50,776 nucleotides of DNA from a virus (lineage: Duplodnaviria; Caudoviricetes): IMG/VR virus record IMGVR_UViG_3300011115_000265, positions 1 to 50,776 of that record; one strand, 5' to 3'. Below are positions 8,242 through 17,168 of this stretch, piece by piece (position 1 is the first letter of the stretch; each line of letters starts with the position of its first letter). A program made the position numbers and the translations under genes. The notes under the pieces were generated by a model. That model was not told the DNA's origin. It saw only the letters and a program-made list of their open reading frames with translations, and ran no database searches.

Positions 8242-8290
8242 TAGGGCTAGGATGGCCGTCCGAAAAGAGAGATCCTCCTCTCCTGCCCTA
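8242..8290 (+). ncRNA. Candidate cis-regulatory three-way-junction RNA motif upstream of terL
   Basis: tagggc-tagg / cctgcccta closing stem, two inner hairpins joined by GAAAAG; similar element at 15324-15366. Confidence 0.4.
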
Positions 8291-8312
8291 TTAGTTTTTC
8301 AGAAAGTAGTAG

Positions 8313-9824
8313 ATGAAATTAACGTCTGACATGGTATTAGGATTTTCTGGCTCCTGTCTAGCTAAAGAATATGATGGTACAACACCAACACCTAAGTGTC
8401 ATCAAGAGTGGTGGGACTTATGTTGTAGTGATGATTCTTTAGTTGCTATAGCCGCTCCTCGTGGGCATGGCAAGTCGACTGCAATCACTCATGCTTATAC
8501 ATTAGCTGCAGTTCTCTTTAGAGAAAGAAAGTTTGTAGTATTAGTTTCAGATACAGAGTCACAAGCACAGAACTTCTTGAATGATATCAAGAGAGAACTG
8601 ATGAATAATGATGACTTGATTGATTTGTTTGGTGTTAAAGGTTTTATTAAAGATTCACAAACCGATATTATTGTCGAGTTTGAAGATGGTGAACAGTTTC
8701 GTATTATAGTCCGTGGTGCAGAGCAACGTGTCCGTGGTCTTAAGTGGAACTCTAAACGTCCTGATCTAATTGTATGTGATGACCTTGAGGGTGATGAACA
8801 GGTACAATCAAAAGATCGACGTGAAAAGCTACACAAATGGTTTTATGCTGCATTATTACCTTGCCGTTCTAAAGAAGGTATTGTACGTGTTGTAGGTACT
8901 GTAATGCATTTGGATAGTTTACTTAATAAATTAATGCCACCAGACTATGATGGTGATTACATTAAAGTAGAACCTTTAAAAACATATTCAACACGTAAAC
9001 GTGTAGAGTGGAGATCAGTTCGATATAGAGCTCACTCAGAAGACTTTGCTAATATTCTTTGGGATACTAGGTATACTGCAGAAGATTATAGGGTTAAAAA
9101 AGAATCCTACCTTAAGCAAGGTATCCCAGAAGTTTATTCACAAGAGTTTTTAAACTACCCAGTTGATGAGGGTACTGCTTATTTTAAGCGTCCTGACTTT
9201 ATTGAGATACCTAGGTACACACTTGAAGCTATTAGACATAAAGAAAAGAAACTTACTTACTACGCTGCTGTGGACTTTGCAATCAGTACCAGAGAACGTA
9301 GTGATTATACTGTCATTGCTATTGGTGGTATTGACTCAGATGGCATAATGAATATTATTGACATTCGTAGAGGTCGTTGGGATGCTCTTGAGATTGTTGA
9401 TGAGATGTTTGCAGTACAAAAGAAATATGATCCTCATTACTTTGTAACTGAAAAAGGTGCCATTGAAAAAGCTATTGGTGCTATTTTACGTAGAGAACAA
9501 ATTAGTAGAAGTACTTATATGAGTCTTTTACCTATGACTCCTACAAAAGATAAGCAGTCTCGAGCAAGAAGCTTTCAAGCTCGTTTTAGAGCTGGTGGTG
9601 TTAAGTTTGATAAGAGTGCTCCGTGGTATAATGAACTAGAAGAAGAAATGGTTCGTTTCCCTAAAGCTAGGCATGATGACCAAGTAGATGCTTTAAGTTG
9701 GTTAGGTTTGGTAGTAGATCAAGTGCAAGAAGCTAGTACTCCTGAAGAGGATGAAGAACTAGAGTATCAGAAGTCTATGTCACAACAACAAAATGATGGT
9801 CGATCTGCAATTACAGGATATTAA
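8313..9824 (+). CDS. terL: Terminase large subunit
   Basis: Walker A APRGHGKS, Walker B LIVCDDLE, coupling motif VGT, nuclease AVDFA and HDDQVDA. Confidence 0.95.
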   Translation: MKLTSDMVLGFSGSCLAKEYDGTTPTPKCHQEWWDLCCSDDSLVAIAAPRGHGKSTAITHAYTLAAVLFRERKFVVLVSDTESQAQNFLNDIKRELMNNDDLIDLFGVKGFIKDSQTDIIVEFEDGEQFRIIVRGAEQRVRGLKWNSKRPDLIVCDDLEGDEQVQSKDRREKLHKWFYAALLPCRSKEGIVRVVGTVMHLDSLLNKLMPPDYDGDYIKVEPLKTYSTRKRVEWRSVRYRAHSEDFANILWDTRYTAEDYRVKKESYLKQGIPEVYSQEFLNYPVDEGTAYFKRPDFIEIPRYTLEAIRHKEKKLTYYAAVDFAISTRERSDYTVIAIGGIDSDGIMNIIDIRRGRWDALEIVDEMFAVQKKYDPHYFVTEKGAIEKAIGAILRREQISRSTYMSLLPMTPTKDKQSRARSFQARFRAGGVKFDKSAPWYNELEEEMVRFPKARHDDQVDALSWLGLVVDQVQEASTPEEDEELEYQKSMSQQQNDGRSAITGY

Positions 9825-9827
9825 TAA

Positions 9828-11903
9828 ATGCAACTAGATGTAAAATTAAATTTAAATAAAATGCTGGTAGCTTCTAATATTGCTGATATGTTAGATGAAC
9901 AGTGTCTTACAACTATTGGCTCTCATGTAGTCAATGAGTTTGAATTAGATAAAGAATCTAGAAGTACTTGGGAAAAACGAGTAGAGTCAGCTATGATGCT
10001 AGCTTTACAAGTTGCAGAAACAAAATCTTTCCCTTGGCAAGGCGCTTCTAATATTAAGTTTCCCTTAGTAACTATTGCCGCTTTACAGTTCCATAGTCGT
10101 GCATATCCAGCATTAATTCCTAGTTCAGATTTAGTTAAGATGAATATGGATTATGCTGATGATACTCCACCAGAACAGTTTGAATCTAACAAACGTGTTG
10201 AAAAACATATGTCTTTCCAGCTTCTTAAAGAAGATGAAAACTGGGAAGCAGAGATGGATAAGGTTCTTATTTCAGTACCTATTGTAGGTTGTGCTTTTAA
10301 GAAAACATATTGGGACTTTAATGAGAATCATCCAGTATCTGAGAATGTTTTAGCTAAAGACTTTGTAGTTTCCTATTGGACTAAAAATCTTAAAGATTGT
10401 CCTCGTCAGTCTCATGTAATCTATTTGAATTCTAATGATGTAATCTCACGTCAACGTCGTGGTATTTGGTGTGACTTTGATCTTAATCCAGCACAACAAC
10501 TTCCTCAAGATGGTCTAACTATTGCAAGTAATAAAGCTCAGGGTGTAGAACAACCTCAGCAAGATCCATCAACTCCTTATGAGTTTATTGAACAGCATCG
10601 TTGGGAAGACTTAGATGGTGATGGTTTTAAAGAGCCATACATTGTAACAGTACATAGAAGTACTGGTAAAGTTGTTCGTATTGTAGCTAACTACTTTGAG
10701 TCTTCAATTAAACGAAACTCTAAAAATCAAATTATTAGTATTAAACCTGAGAGTTACTTTACTAAGTACTCATTCATTCCTTCACCAGACGGTGGTTTTT
10801 ATGACATTGGTTTTGGTATTCTATTAGGACCTCTAAATGAATCTATCAATACTATTATTAACCAACTTGTGGATGCTGGTACTATGGCAAACACTGCGGG
10901 TGGTTTCCTTAGCCGAGGTATCAAAATCCGTGGTGGTAACTACAACTTTGCACCGTTAGAGTGGAAGCATGTAGATTCTACTGGTGAAGATCTAGCTAAA
11001 GGTATTTACCCATTACCAGTTCGTGAACCTAGTCAAGTACTATTTACATTATTAACTACCTTAGTTAACTATGGTGAACGTATTGTAGGCTCTACAGATA
11101 TTATGGTAGGTGAAAATGTAGGTCAAAATACACCAGCTACTACAGCTACAAATATGATTGACCAGGGTATGAAGGTTTTTGCTGGTATTTTTAAACGTAC
11201 ATACCGAGCATTAAATGATGAACTTAAAAAAGTATATCGTTTAAATCAGTTATATTTACCAGATTCATATAAGTTTTCTACAGGTGTAGTTCAATCATCT
11301 GACTATCAACAATCTGCTGATATGTTACGCCCTGCAGCAGACCCACATGTAGTTTCTGATACACAACGAATTCAGCAAGCCCAAGCTTTAGTACAAGCTT
11401 CAAGCACTGCTCCAGGATTTGATCAATACCAAGTAATGAAACGTTATTTAGAAGCGTTGAAAGTACCTAATATTGATCAAGTATTGCCTAATCCGAAAGG
11501 TCCTAATGCTATCCAGCAAGGTCCAGATATTAAAATTCAGATTGAGCAAATGAAGTCGCAAGAACGTCAATTGTCATTACAAGTTAAGATGAAACTTGGT
11601 ATTATGAAGTTGACACAAGAGGCAGAACTAAATAGAGCGAAGATAATGCAACTACAAGCAGATGCAATTAAACTGCTTGAAGAAGCAGGTGGAGAAAAAG
11701 AGTACCAAAAAATTGCACTACTTAATGCAAAGATTGGTGCTGCTAAAGCACACGAAGATAGTGTCTTACGTTCTATTGAGCTAATGCAAAAAGCAACGAG
11801 TGAACTAGGAGATGTAGAGTATGGTGCTGACGCAACAAGAGTACTTGGATTGGGTGGAACATCCAGCGACCAAGGCCCTCAAGAAAGCCCTCAACAAGGA
11901 TAG
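9828..11903 (+). CDS. Portal protein
   Basis: 691 aa after terL; PWQGASN, GCAFKKTY and GFYDIG motifs; coiled-coil C-terminus. Confidence 0.88.
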   Translation: MQLDVKLNLNKMLVASNIADMLDEQCLTTIGSHVVNEFELDKESRSTWEKRVESAMMLALQVAETKSFPWQGASNIKFPLVTIAALQFHSRAYPALIPSSDLVKMNMDYADDTPPEQFESNKRVEKHMSFQLLKEDENWEAEMDKVLISVPIVGCAFKKTYWDFNENHPVSENVLAKDFVVSYWTKNLKDCPRQSHVIYLNSNDVISRQRRGIWCDFDLNPAQQLPQDGLTIASNKAQGVEQPQQDPSTPYEFIEQHRWEDLDGDGFKEPYIVTVHRSTGKVVRIVANYFESSIKRNSKNQIISIKPESYFTKYSFIPSPDGGFYDIGFGILLGPLNESINTIINQLVDAGTMANTAGGFLSRGIKIRGGNYNFAPLEWKHVDSTGEDLAKGIYPLPVREPSQVLFTLLTTLVNYGERIVGSTDIMVGENVGQNTPATTATNMIDQGMKVFAGIFKRTYRALNDELKKVYRLNQLYLPDSYKFSTGVVQSSDYQQSADMLRPAADPHVVSDTQRIQQAQALVQASSTAPGFDQYQVMKRYLEALKVPNIDQVLPNPKGPNAIQQGPDIKIQIEQMKSQERQLSLQVKMKLGIMKLTQEAELNRAKIMQLQADAIKLLEEAGGEKEYQKIALLNAKIGAAKAHEDSVLRSIELMQKATSELGDVEYGADATRVLGLGGTSSDQGPQESPQQG

Positions 11904-12039
11904 AGAATATCTTAAAGAGATGTGGTGTAGGGGTAACCTTACAAATGAAGAAGAAGTAAAAGGTAGATGTAATGCAATATACGGAATCCTAAATATTACA
12001 TATGAGGATTTAGTAGAAGGAGCTAAAGATGGAGAATAA
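11821..12039 (+). CDS. Hypothetical head-module protein
   Basis: AGGAG RBS; W..HP.T motif; lies between portal and GroES. Confidence 0.7.
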   Translation: MVLTQQEYLDWVEHPATKALKKALNKDREYLKEMWCRGNLTNEEEVKGRCNAIYGILNITYEDLVEGAKDGE

Positions 12040-12337
12040 GAGTGGGATTCACCCTAAAGGGCACCGAGTTCTTATCTATCCAGAGCCTGTAGAAACAACA
12101 ACAGCAAGTGGTATTGTAGTTACAACAGGTAATAATATAGAGAGAGAACGACTTGCTCAGTTACGTGGAACAGTAGTAGAAGTTGGTAGTACAGCTTGGC
12201 ATGATCAACCCGAAGCATGGGTTAAACCTGGTGACAAAGTTATCTTTGGTAAATACTCAGGTTTAATTTATACAGGGGATGATGATAAAGAGTATCGTAT
12301 TATTAATGATCTAGATATTGTAGCAACAGTAAGTTAA
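12029..12337 (+). CDS. groES: Co-chaperonin GroES-like protein
   Basis: PKGHRVLI, TASGIV, GTVVEVG, VKPGDKVIFGKYSG and YRIINDLDIVA motifs. Confidence 0.92.
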   Translation: MENKSGIHPKGHRVLIYPEPVETTTASGIVVTTGNNIERERLAQLRGTVVEVGSTAWHDQPEAWVKPGDKVIFGKYSGLIYTGDDDKEYRIINDLDIVATVS

Positions 12338-12350
12338 TTAAGGAAAAAGT

Positions 12351-13205
12351 ATGTCAGAAGAAAATCAAGAAGTAAGTCAACAAGAACAACAAGCAGCTCC
12401 AGAAGTTAATGAAGCTGTAGCAAAAGAAGCTCGAATGTTTGGTTGGGTTCCTCGTGAGGAATTCCGTGGATCAGATGATGAGTGGGTAGATGCTGATGTT
12501 TTTGTAAAACGTGGTAAGGAAATTAATCCTATTCTCCGTAAGAACAATGAAACTCTTATGAAGAAACTGGATGAAAAATCCAAAGAAATTGACAGCATTA
12601 AAGCTTCTGTTGAGGAATTTAAAAAGTTCCAAAAAGAATCTTATGAGCGTAAGCAAGTAGAACTTCAAGTTCAAATTGCAGAATTAAAGACTCGTAAAAA
12701 AGAAGCTATTGCAGAGGGTAATGGTGATTTGGTTGTTGACATTGACGATCAGATTGATGAAATTAAAGAAGCACAACGTGAAGCTAAAGAAGAGGCTAAG
12801 AAAAAGCCCGAAGTTGAACAACCAAAAGCAGCAGATATTCCTGATGATCCATCACTTCAAGCCTGGTTAGGTAAGAATCAATGGTTTGGTCAAGACTCTG
12901 ATATGACTGATGTTGCTAATGGTTTAGGTGCATCTGTAAGACGTCAATTCCCTCACCTATCTGGTCAAGCATTTCTTGACAAATTAGATGAAAAAATCGT
13001 AGAGTATTTTCCACATAAAGTTTTAGGTAATAAAGCACGAGGTAGTGCTGTAGACTCAAGTGGTGATGTACGAGGTGGTAGTAGCAGTGGTAAAAAGTCT
13101 TATGATAATTTACCAGCAGATGCTAAAGCTGCATGTGACCGTTTTATTAAAAATGGTTGGATTAAATCTAAACAAGAATATGTCGAATCATACGACTGGA
13201 ACTAA
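12351..13205 (+). CDS. Putative capsid scaffolding protein
   Basis: Acidic coiled-coil, GWVP.EEF motif, W...NQWF motif, upstream of capsid genes. Confidence 0.7.
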   Translation: MSEENQEVSQQEQQAAPEVNEAVAKEARMFGWVPREEFRGSDDEWVDADVFVKRGKEINPILRKNNETLMKKLDEKSKEIDSIKASVEEFKKFQKESYERKQVELQVQIAELKTRKKEAIAEGNGDLVVDIDDQIDEIKEAQREAKEEAKKKPEVEQPKAADIPDDPSLQAWLGKNQWFGQDSDMTDVANGLGASVRRQFPHLSGQAFLDKLDEKIVEYFPHKVLGNKARGSAVDSSGDVRGGSSSGKKSYDNLPADAKAACDRFIKNGWIKSKQEYVESYDWN

Positions 13206-13216
13206 GGAGAGCAATT

Positions 13217-13711
13217 ATGGCACGAGCACTTACAATTGATGAGAAAAAAGAACGAGCACTTACACGAGTATCAGGTGAACGCACTACATCAGAAAGACAA
13301 CGTAATGTATTTAATGGTACTAAAGCTAAGTTAACCGTAAGCAGACAAATCCCTGGATATCACTTGCACATCTTTAATGATGAGCCAGGTCGTATTCAGA
13401 CCGCACTTTCTGGAGGTTGGGAATTTGTAACTCCAGATGAGGTGGGCGGTGTTGGAGAGAGAGTAACGTCAGTTAATACTGATTTAGGAGATAAAGTTAG
13501 GTACCTAGTAGGTGCCGATGAGAAAGGTGATGGCTTCTACGCTTACTTGCTAAAGATCAAGCAAGAATGGTTTGATGAAGACCAAGCCGCAATGCAAGAA
13601 CGTAATGACTTGGTAGATGATGCAATTCGTGGTGGTGTAAATGTTAAGGACGGTACTAGTACTGAAGGTTTCTATACACCTCGTGAAGGCATTAAATACC
13701 AAACTCGATAA
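13217..13711 (+). CDS. Conserved head-module hypothetical protein
   Basis: AGGAG RBS; IPGYHL..FND...RI......GWEFV motif. Confidence 0.75.
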   Translation: MARALTIDEKKERALTRVSGERTTSERQRNVFNGTKAKLTVSRQIPGYHLHIFNDEPGRIQTALSGGWEFVTPDEVGGVGERVTSVNTDLGDKVRYLVGADEKGDGFYAYLLKIKQEWFDEDQAAMQERNDLVDDAIRGGVNVKDGTSTEGFYTPREGIKYQTR

Positions 13712-13729
13712 TCTTAAAGGAGTTTTTAA

Positions 13730-14353
13730 ATGGCTAATGCTAATACCCCTCGTGGACTAAGCCCAGTTAAAACTATTACTGGTGCTCCGTTCAATGAACA
13801 AGGCCGCCTTTATGCTATTGCTTCAGATGCTTCTAACACATACGCTATTGGCGATGTAGTTAAAGTAGCTGGTGGCAGTGATGTAAATGGTATTGCCTAT
13901 GCAACAAAAGCAGCTTCTACAGATACACCAGTTGGTGTTATTGTAGGTTTCCGTGTTTCAGATCCAGGTGTATCTCTACAAGGTACAACTTTGGCTCTTA
14001 ATACACTTTATTTGCCACTAAACGCAGGTTTACGCTACGCATTTGTAGTTGATGATCCTAACGTTATTTTCCAAGTTGAAGGTGATGCTACTGGCGTTGC
14101 TGCAGCTGATGTATTTAAAAATGCTGGTTTAACAATTACAGCTAACCAAACAACTCTTGGTCAGGCTCAACCATTGTCAAATACAGTTATTGACGCTACA
14201 TCAATTAAAGCTATTGGTACTTCTGGTTCATTGGCATTGCCATTGCAAATCATTGGTCTAGAGCAAATTGAAAATAATGCTGCTGGTGCTTATGCTAATG
14301 TATTGGTGAAATGGAATAAACATCAGTACCTTAACCCAGTTGGCACTGCTTAA
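13730..14353 (+). CDS. Putative capsid decoration/cement protein
   Basis: MANANTPRGLSPV, GDVV and VVDDPNVIF motifs; directly precedes the MCP. Confidence 0.65.
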   Translation: MANANTPRGLSPVKTITGAPFNEQGRLYAIASDASNTYAIGDVVKVAGGSDVNGIAYATKAASTDTPVGVIVGFRVSDPGVSLQGTTLALNTLYLPLNAGLRYAFVVDDPNVIFQVEGDATGVAAADVFKNAGLTITANQTTLGQAQPLSNTVIDATSIKAIGTSGSLALPLQIIGLEQIENNAAGAYANVLVKWNKHQYLNPVGTA

Positions 14354-14369
14354 TTAAAAGGAGAATAAA

Positions 14370-15284
14370 ATGGCTGGTATTATTACTACTGCTTCACATC
14401 CAAAGGCTCTTTGGCCTGGGATTAAAGCTTGGTGGGGTCAAGTTTACGACGAACATCCAGAAGAATATTCTAAATTGTTTGATAGTGATACTTCATCTCA
14501 AAACTATGAAGAAGACGTACAACTAACAGGTTTTGGTCTTGCTCCACGCAAGTCTGAAGGTTCTGGTGTTCAGTATGATTCTGAAATTCAAGGCTTCACA
14601 ACTCGTTACACACACGTAGCTTATGCTTTAGGTTACATTGTAACAAAAGAAGAATTGGATGACAACTTGTACGAACAAGTTTCACGTCGTCGTGCAGCAG
14701 CACTTGCTATGTCTTTCCGTCAAACGAAAGAAAACGTAGCAGCTAACGTGTATAACCGTGGCTTTAATGGCACATATACAGGTGGTGATGGTGTTGCTTT
14801 ATGTTCTACAGCACATCCTAACGTATCTGGTGGTACATTTGCAAACAAACCTTTAGTTGATGCTGACTTGTCAGAAGCTTCTTTAGAAGATGCAATGATT
14901 GCCGTTATGGGTTTCCAAAATGACCGTGGTCTTTTGATCAATGTTATGCCGAAATCTTTGGTTGTTGCTCGTCAAAACTGGTACAACGCTAACCGTATCT
15001 TGAAGTCTGTTTATACACCTTCATCTGCAAACAACGCTGTAAACGTTTTAGTGGCTACAAATGCATTGCCAGAAGGCATTGTAATGAACCACTACTTGAC
15101 ATCACCAAATGCATGGTTCTTGCGTACTAACATTCAAAACGGTATGAAGTACTATAGCCGTGTTGGTATTCAGTTTGACCAAGACAATGACTTTGATACC
15201 ATGAATGCGAAAGCAAAAGGTTACGAACGTTATTCATTCGGTTGGACAGATCCACGTGCAATTTACGGTGTTAACGGTCCTTAA
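14370..15284 (+). CDS. Major capsid protein (HK97 fold)
   Basis: LWPGI, TGFGLAP.K.EG, GGDGVALCSTAHP and ERYSFGWTDPR motifs; AGGAG RBS. Confidence 0.92.
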   Translation: MAGIITTASHPKALWPGIKAWWGQVYDEHPEEYSKLFDSDTSSQNYEEDVQLTGFGLAPRKSEGSGVQYDSEIQGFTTRYTHVAYALGYIVTKEELDDNLYEQVSRRRAAALAMSFRQTKENVAANVYNRGFNGTYTGGDGVALCSTAHPNVSGGTFANKPLVDADLSEASLEDAMIAVMGFQNDRGLLINVMPKSLVVARQNWYNANRILKSVYTPSSANNAVNVLVATNALPEGIVMNHYLTSPNAWFLRTNIQNGMKYYSRVGIQFDQDNDFDTMNAKAKGYERYSFGWTDPRAIYGVNGP

Positions 15285-15291
15285 AAAAGAC

Positions 15292-15320
15292 TTGACAAGA
15301 CACTAGAAATAGTGTATAAT
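15292..15320 (+). promoter_or_regulatory. Consensus sigma70 promoter with palindromic spacer
   Basis: TTGACA-17 nt-TATAAT; ACACTAgaaaTAGTGT palindrome at 15300-15315. Confidence 0.85.
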
Positions 15321-15323
15321 AGT

Positions 15324-15366
15324 AAGGTAGGCTGAGAGTTTAAAAAGCTTTTATAAGTCCTGCCTT
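15324..15366 (+). ncRNA. Candidate structured RNA leader or terminator-like motif
   Basis: aaggtagg / cctgcctt closing stem with AAAAAG junction, resembling 8242-8290. Confidence 0.35.
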
Positions 15367-15390
15367 TCTTTATTTATAAAAGGAAAGAAA

Positions 15391-15459
15391 ATGTCATACG
15401 CACTTCAAGAAAAAAAGGGCAAACGTCCTCCAGTTAAACCAATTAAACAACCAAAATAA
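15391..15459 (+). CDS. 22-aa basic micropeptide MSYALQEKKGKRPPVKPIKQPK
   Basis: AAGGA RBS; lies just downstream of a consensus promoter. Confidence 0.45.
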   Translation: MSYALQEKKGKRPPVKPIKQPK

Positions 15460-15520
15460 TTTATATCTTTTGACGATCTTAACGGATCGTTGACTTATAT
15501 CAACGTCAAAGGAAAAAACA

Positions 15521-16246
15521 ATGAGTTCTCCATCACGCTTCTTATCAGGTGTTGCAACAGTAGATACACAATATCCACTAGGTCAATATCCATTTCCAGA
15601 TCCATTTCACACAAGTGGTTCTTCAACTTTACATTCTACAACATATTCAAACGACTTCTTTACAGTAGGTTCAACAACACTTGATTGGACTATTACTGGT
15701 ACATCATCTACTTTTGGTATTACAGATGGTTTAGGTGGTGTAGCTCTTGTAACACCAGGTGGTGCTTCTACAGTTACTACAGTTGCTGGTGCACATAATG
15801 GTTTTCAATTTATTTCAGGTAACAAATTTTGGTACCTATGTCGTATTAAACCAAATGCTGTATCAGGCACTAAAGCTTTCTTGTTTGGTCTTCAAACAGG
15901 TACGTCAGCAGCTTCAACAGATGGTCTTTGGTTTGTTAAACCAGCTTCATCTACTTCTATTAATTTAGTTAGCCGTGTAAATTCTACTTCAACAACATTA
16001 GTAACAGGTTTAGAAACTGCTGTTGCTGGTGAATGGATTGATGTTGCTTTTTACTTTGATGGTTCTGATATCTTAGTTTATAATGAAGATGCTTTAGTAG
16101 CTCGAGTATCAGCTCCTACAATTGGTTCAACAGGCACAACACTTACAAATGCTTTATTAACTCCAGTATTTCAAACTACACCTACAGCAACTACAGATAC
16201 ATTGTCAATTGACTACGTATTAGCTGCTGGTGAAATCTTACGTTAA
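15521..16246 (+). CDS. Virion structural protein (beta-rich, Thr/Ser-rich)
   Basis: AAGGA RBS, position after MCP, composition. Confidence 0.7.
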   Translation: MSSPSRFLSGVATVDTQYPLGQYPFPDPFHTSGSSTLHSTTYSNDFFTVGSTTLDWTITGTSSTFGITDGLGGVALVTPGGASTVTTVAGAHNGFQFISGNKFWYLCRIKPNAVSGTKAFLFGLQTGTSAASTDGLWFVKPASSTSINLVSRVNSTSTTLVTGLETAVAGEWIDVAFYFDGSDILVYNEDALVARVSAPTIGSTGTTLTNALLTPVFQTTPTATTDTLSIDYVLAAGEILR

Positions 16247-16258
16247 TAGGGGATTACT

Positions 16259-16675
16259 ATGGCTAATGTAACCTCAATTCAAATTTTAGAAGATGGTGAT
16301 CGTAATGTGATTGCTAAACTAACAGGTAAACTAGATACATCTAATGTGTCTTTAGCTACTTTGTTAGATCCAGCAACACTAGCCTCAGTAAATGCCTCTG
16401 GTTTAAATTCACAAAAAGCTAGTACTTTAGCTATTGAAACTGTCACTTTTGACATTGAAGATGGACTAGTAGTTAACTTTTATTGGGATGCTGACGTTGA
16501 CGTGCCTATTTGGTATTTCTCAGGTCGTGATAAAATGAATACTGAATTTACAGGTTTCTTGCAAAACAATGCAGGAGCTGGTAAAACAGGTAAAATTTTA
16601 TATGATACTAGTGGGTACTCAACAGGTACTAAATCATTTTCATTAATTATCCAATGTATTAAACAATGGACGTAA
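16259..16675 (+). CDS. Virion structural protein
   Basis: ORF track, RBS, operon context. Confidence 0.7.
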   Translation: MANVTSIQILEDGDRNVIAKLTGKLDTSNVSLATLLDPATLASVNASGLNSQKASTLAIETVTFDIEDGLVVNFYWDADVDVPIWYFSGRDKMNTEFTGFLQNNAGAGKTGKILYDTSGYSTGTKSFSLIIQCIKQWT

Positions 16676-16815
16676 ATTCAAAAGTAAAAGAGTTAGTATT
16701 GTCTGCCCAAATTACCAGGGCAGATGGTACTATTGAAGACTTGGGTGCTATTAATTACTGGCATTCAAGTTTTATTAAAAGATTATTATGGAGTATTAAA
16801 CAATGGCTACGTTAA
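16666..16815 (+). CDS. Hypothetical protein (49 aa)
   Basis: MDVNSKVKELVLSAQITRADGTIEDLGAINYWHS...; fills the gap and overlaps both neighbours. Confidence 0.65.
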   Translation: MDVNSKVKELVLSAQITRADGTIEDLGAINYWHSSFIKRLLWSIKQWLR

Positions 16816-17168
16816 TGGTAAACGGAGGTAAAGCAATTGTTACCAACCGTATTAAAGGTTCTGGTACTGAGCCTAACTATGTAGGTTGGGGTACAGGTGC
16901 TGGTACTACTGGTGCCACTGACACTACCCTATTTACAGAAACAGGTACTCGTACTGCAGGTACATCTACACAACAAACAACTACAACTACTAATGACACT
17001 TATCAAGTAGTAGGTACTTTGACAGCTCCTTCTGGACTAACTATTACTAATGCAGGTTTATTTGATGCATCTACATCAGGTAACTTGTTTATTAAAGGTG
17101 ACTTCACAGGTATTGTTTTAAATACAGGTGACTCTATTCAATTCACTATCAAGGCACAATTTAGCTAA
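16803..17168 (+). CDS. Tail-fibre-associated protein
   Basis: VGWGTG....DTTL..E and ITNAGLFDA..SGNL motifs typical of fibre-anchoring domains. Confidence 0.65.
   Translation: MATLMVNGGKAIVTNRIKGSGTEPNYVGWGTGAGTTGATDTTLFTETGTRTAGTSTQQTTTTTNDTYQVVGTLTAPSGLTITNAGLFDASTSGNLFIKGDFTGIVLNTGDSIQFTIKAQFS

Noticed and set aside
8205-8292. tRNA gene
   Set aside because: No cloverleaf, TTCG T-loop or CCA end could be fitted. No tRNA was recognised elsewhere in the window.
13222-13264. 13-nt direct repeat acgagcacttaca
   Set aside because: Two copies encoding a repeated RALT peptide; no evidence of a separate function.
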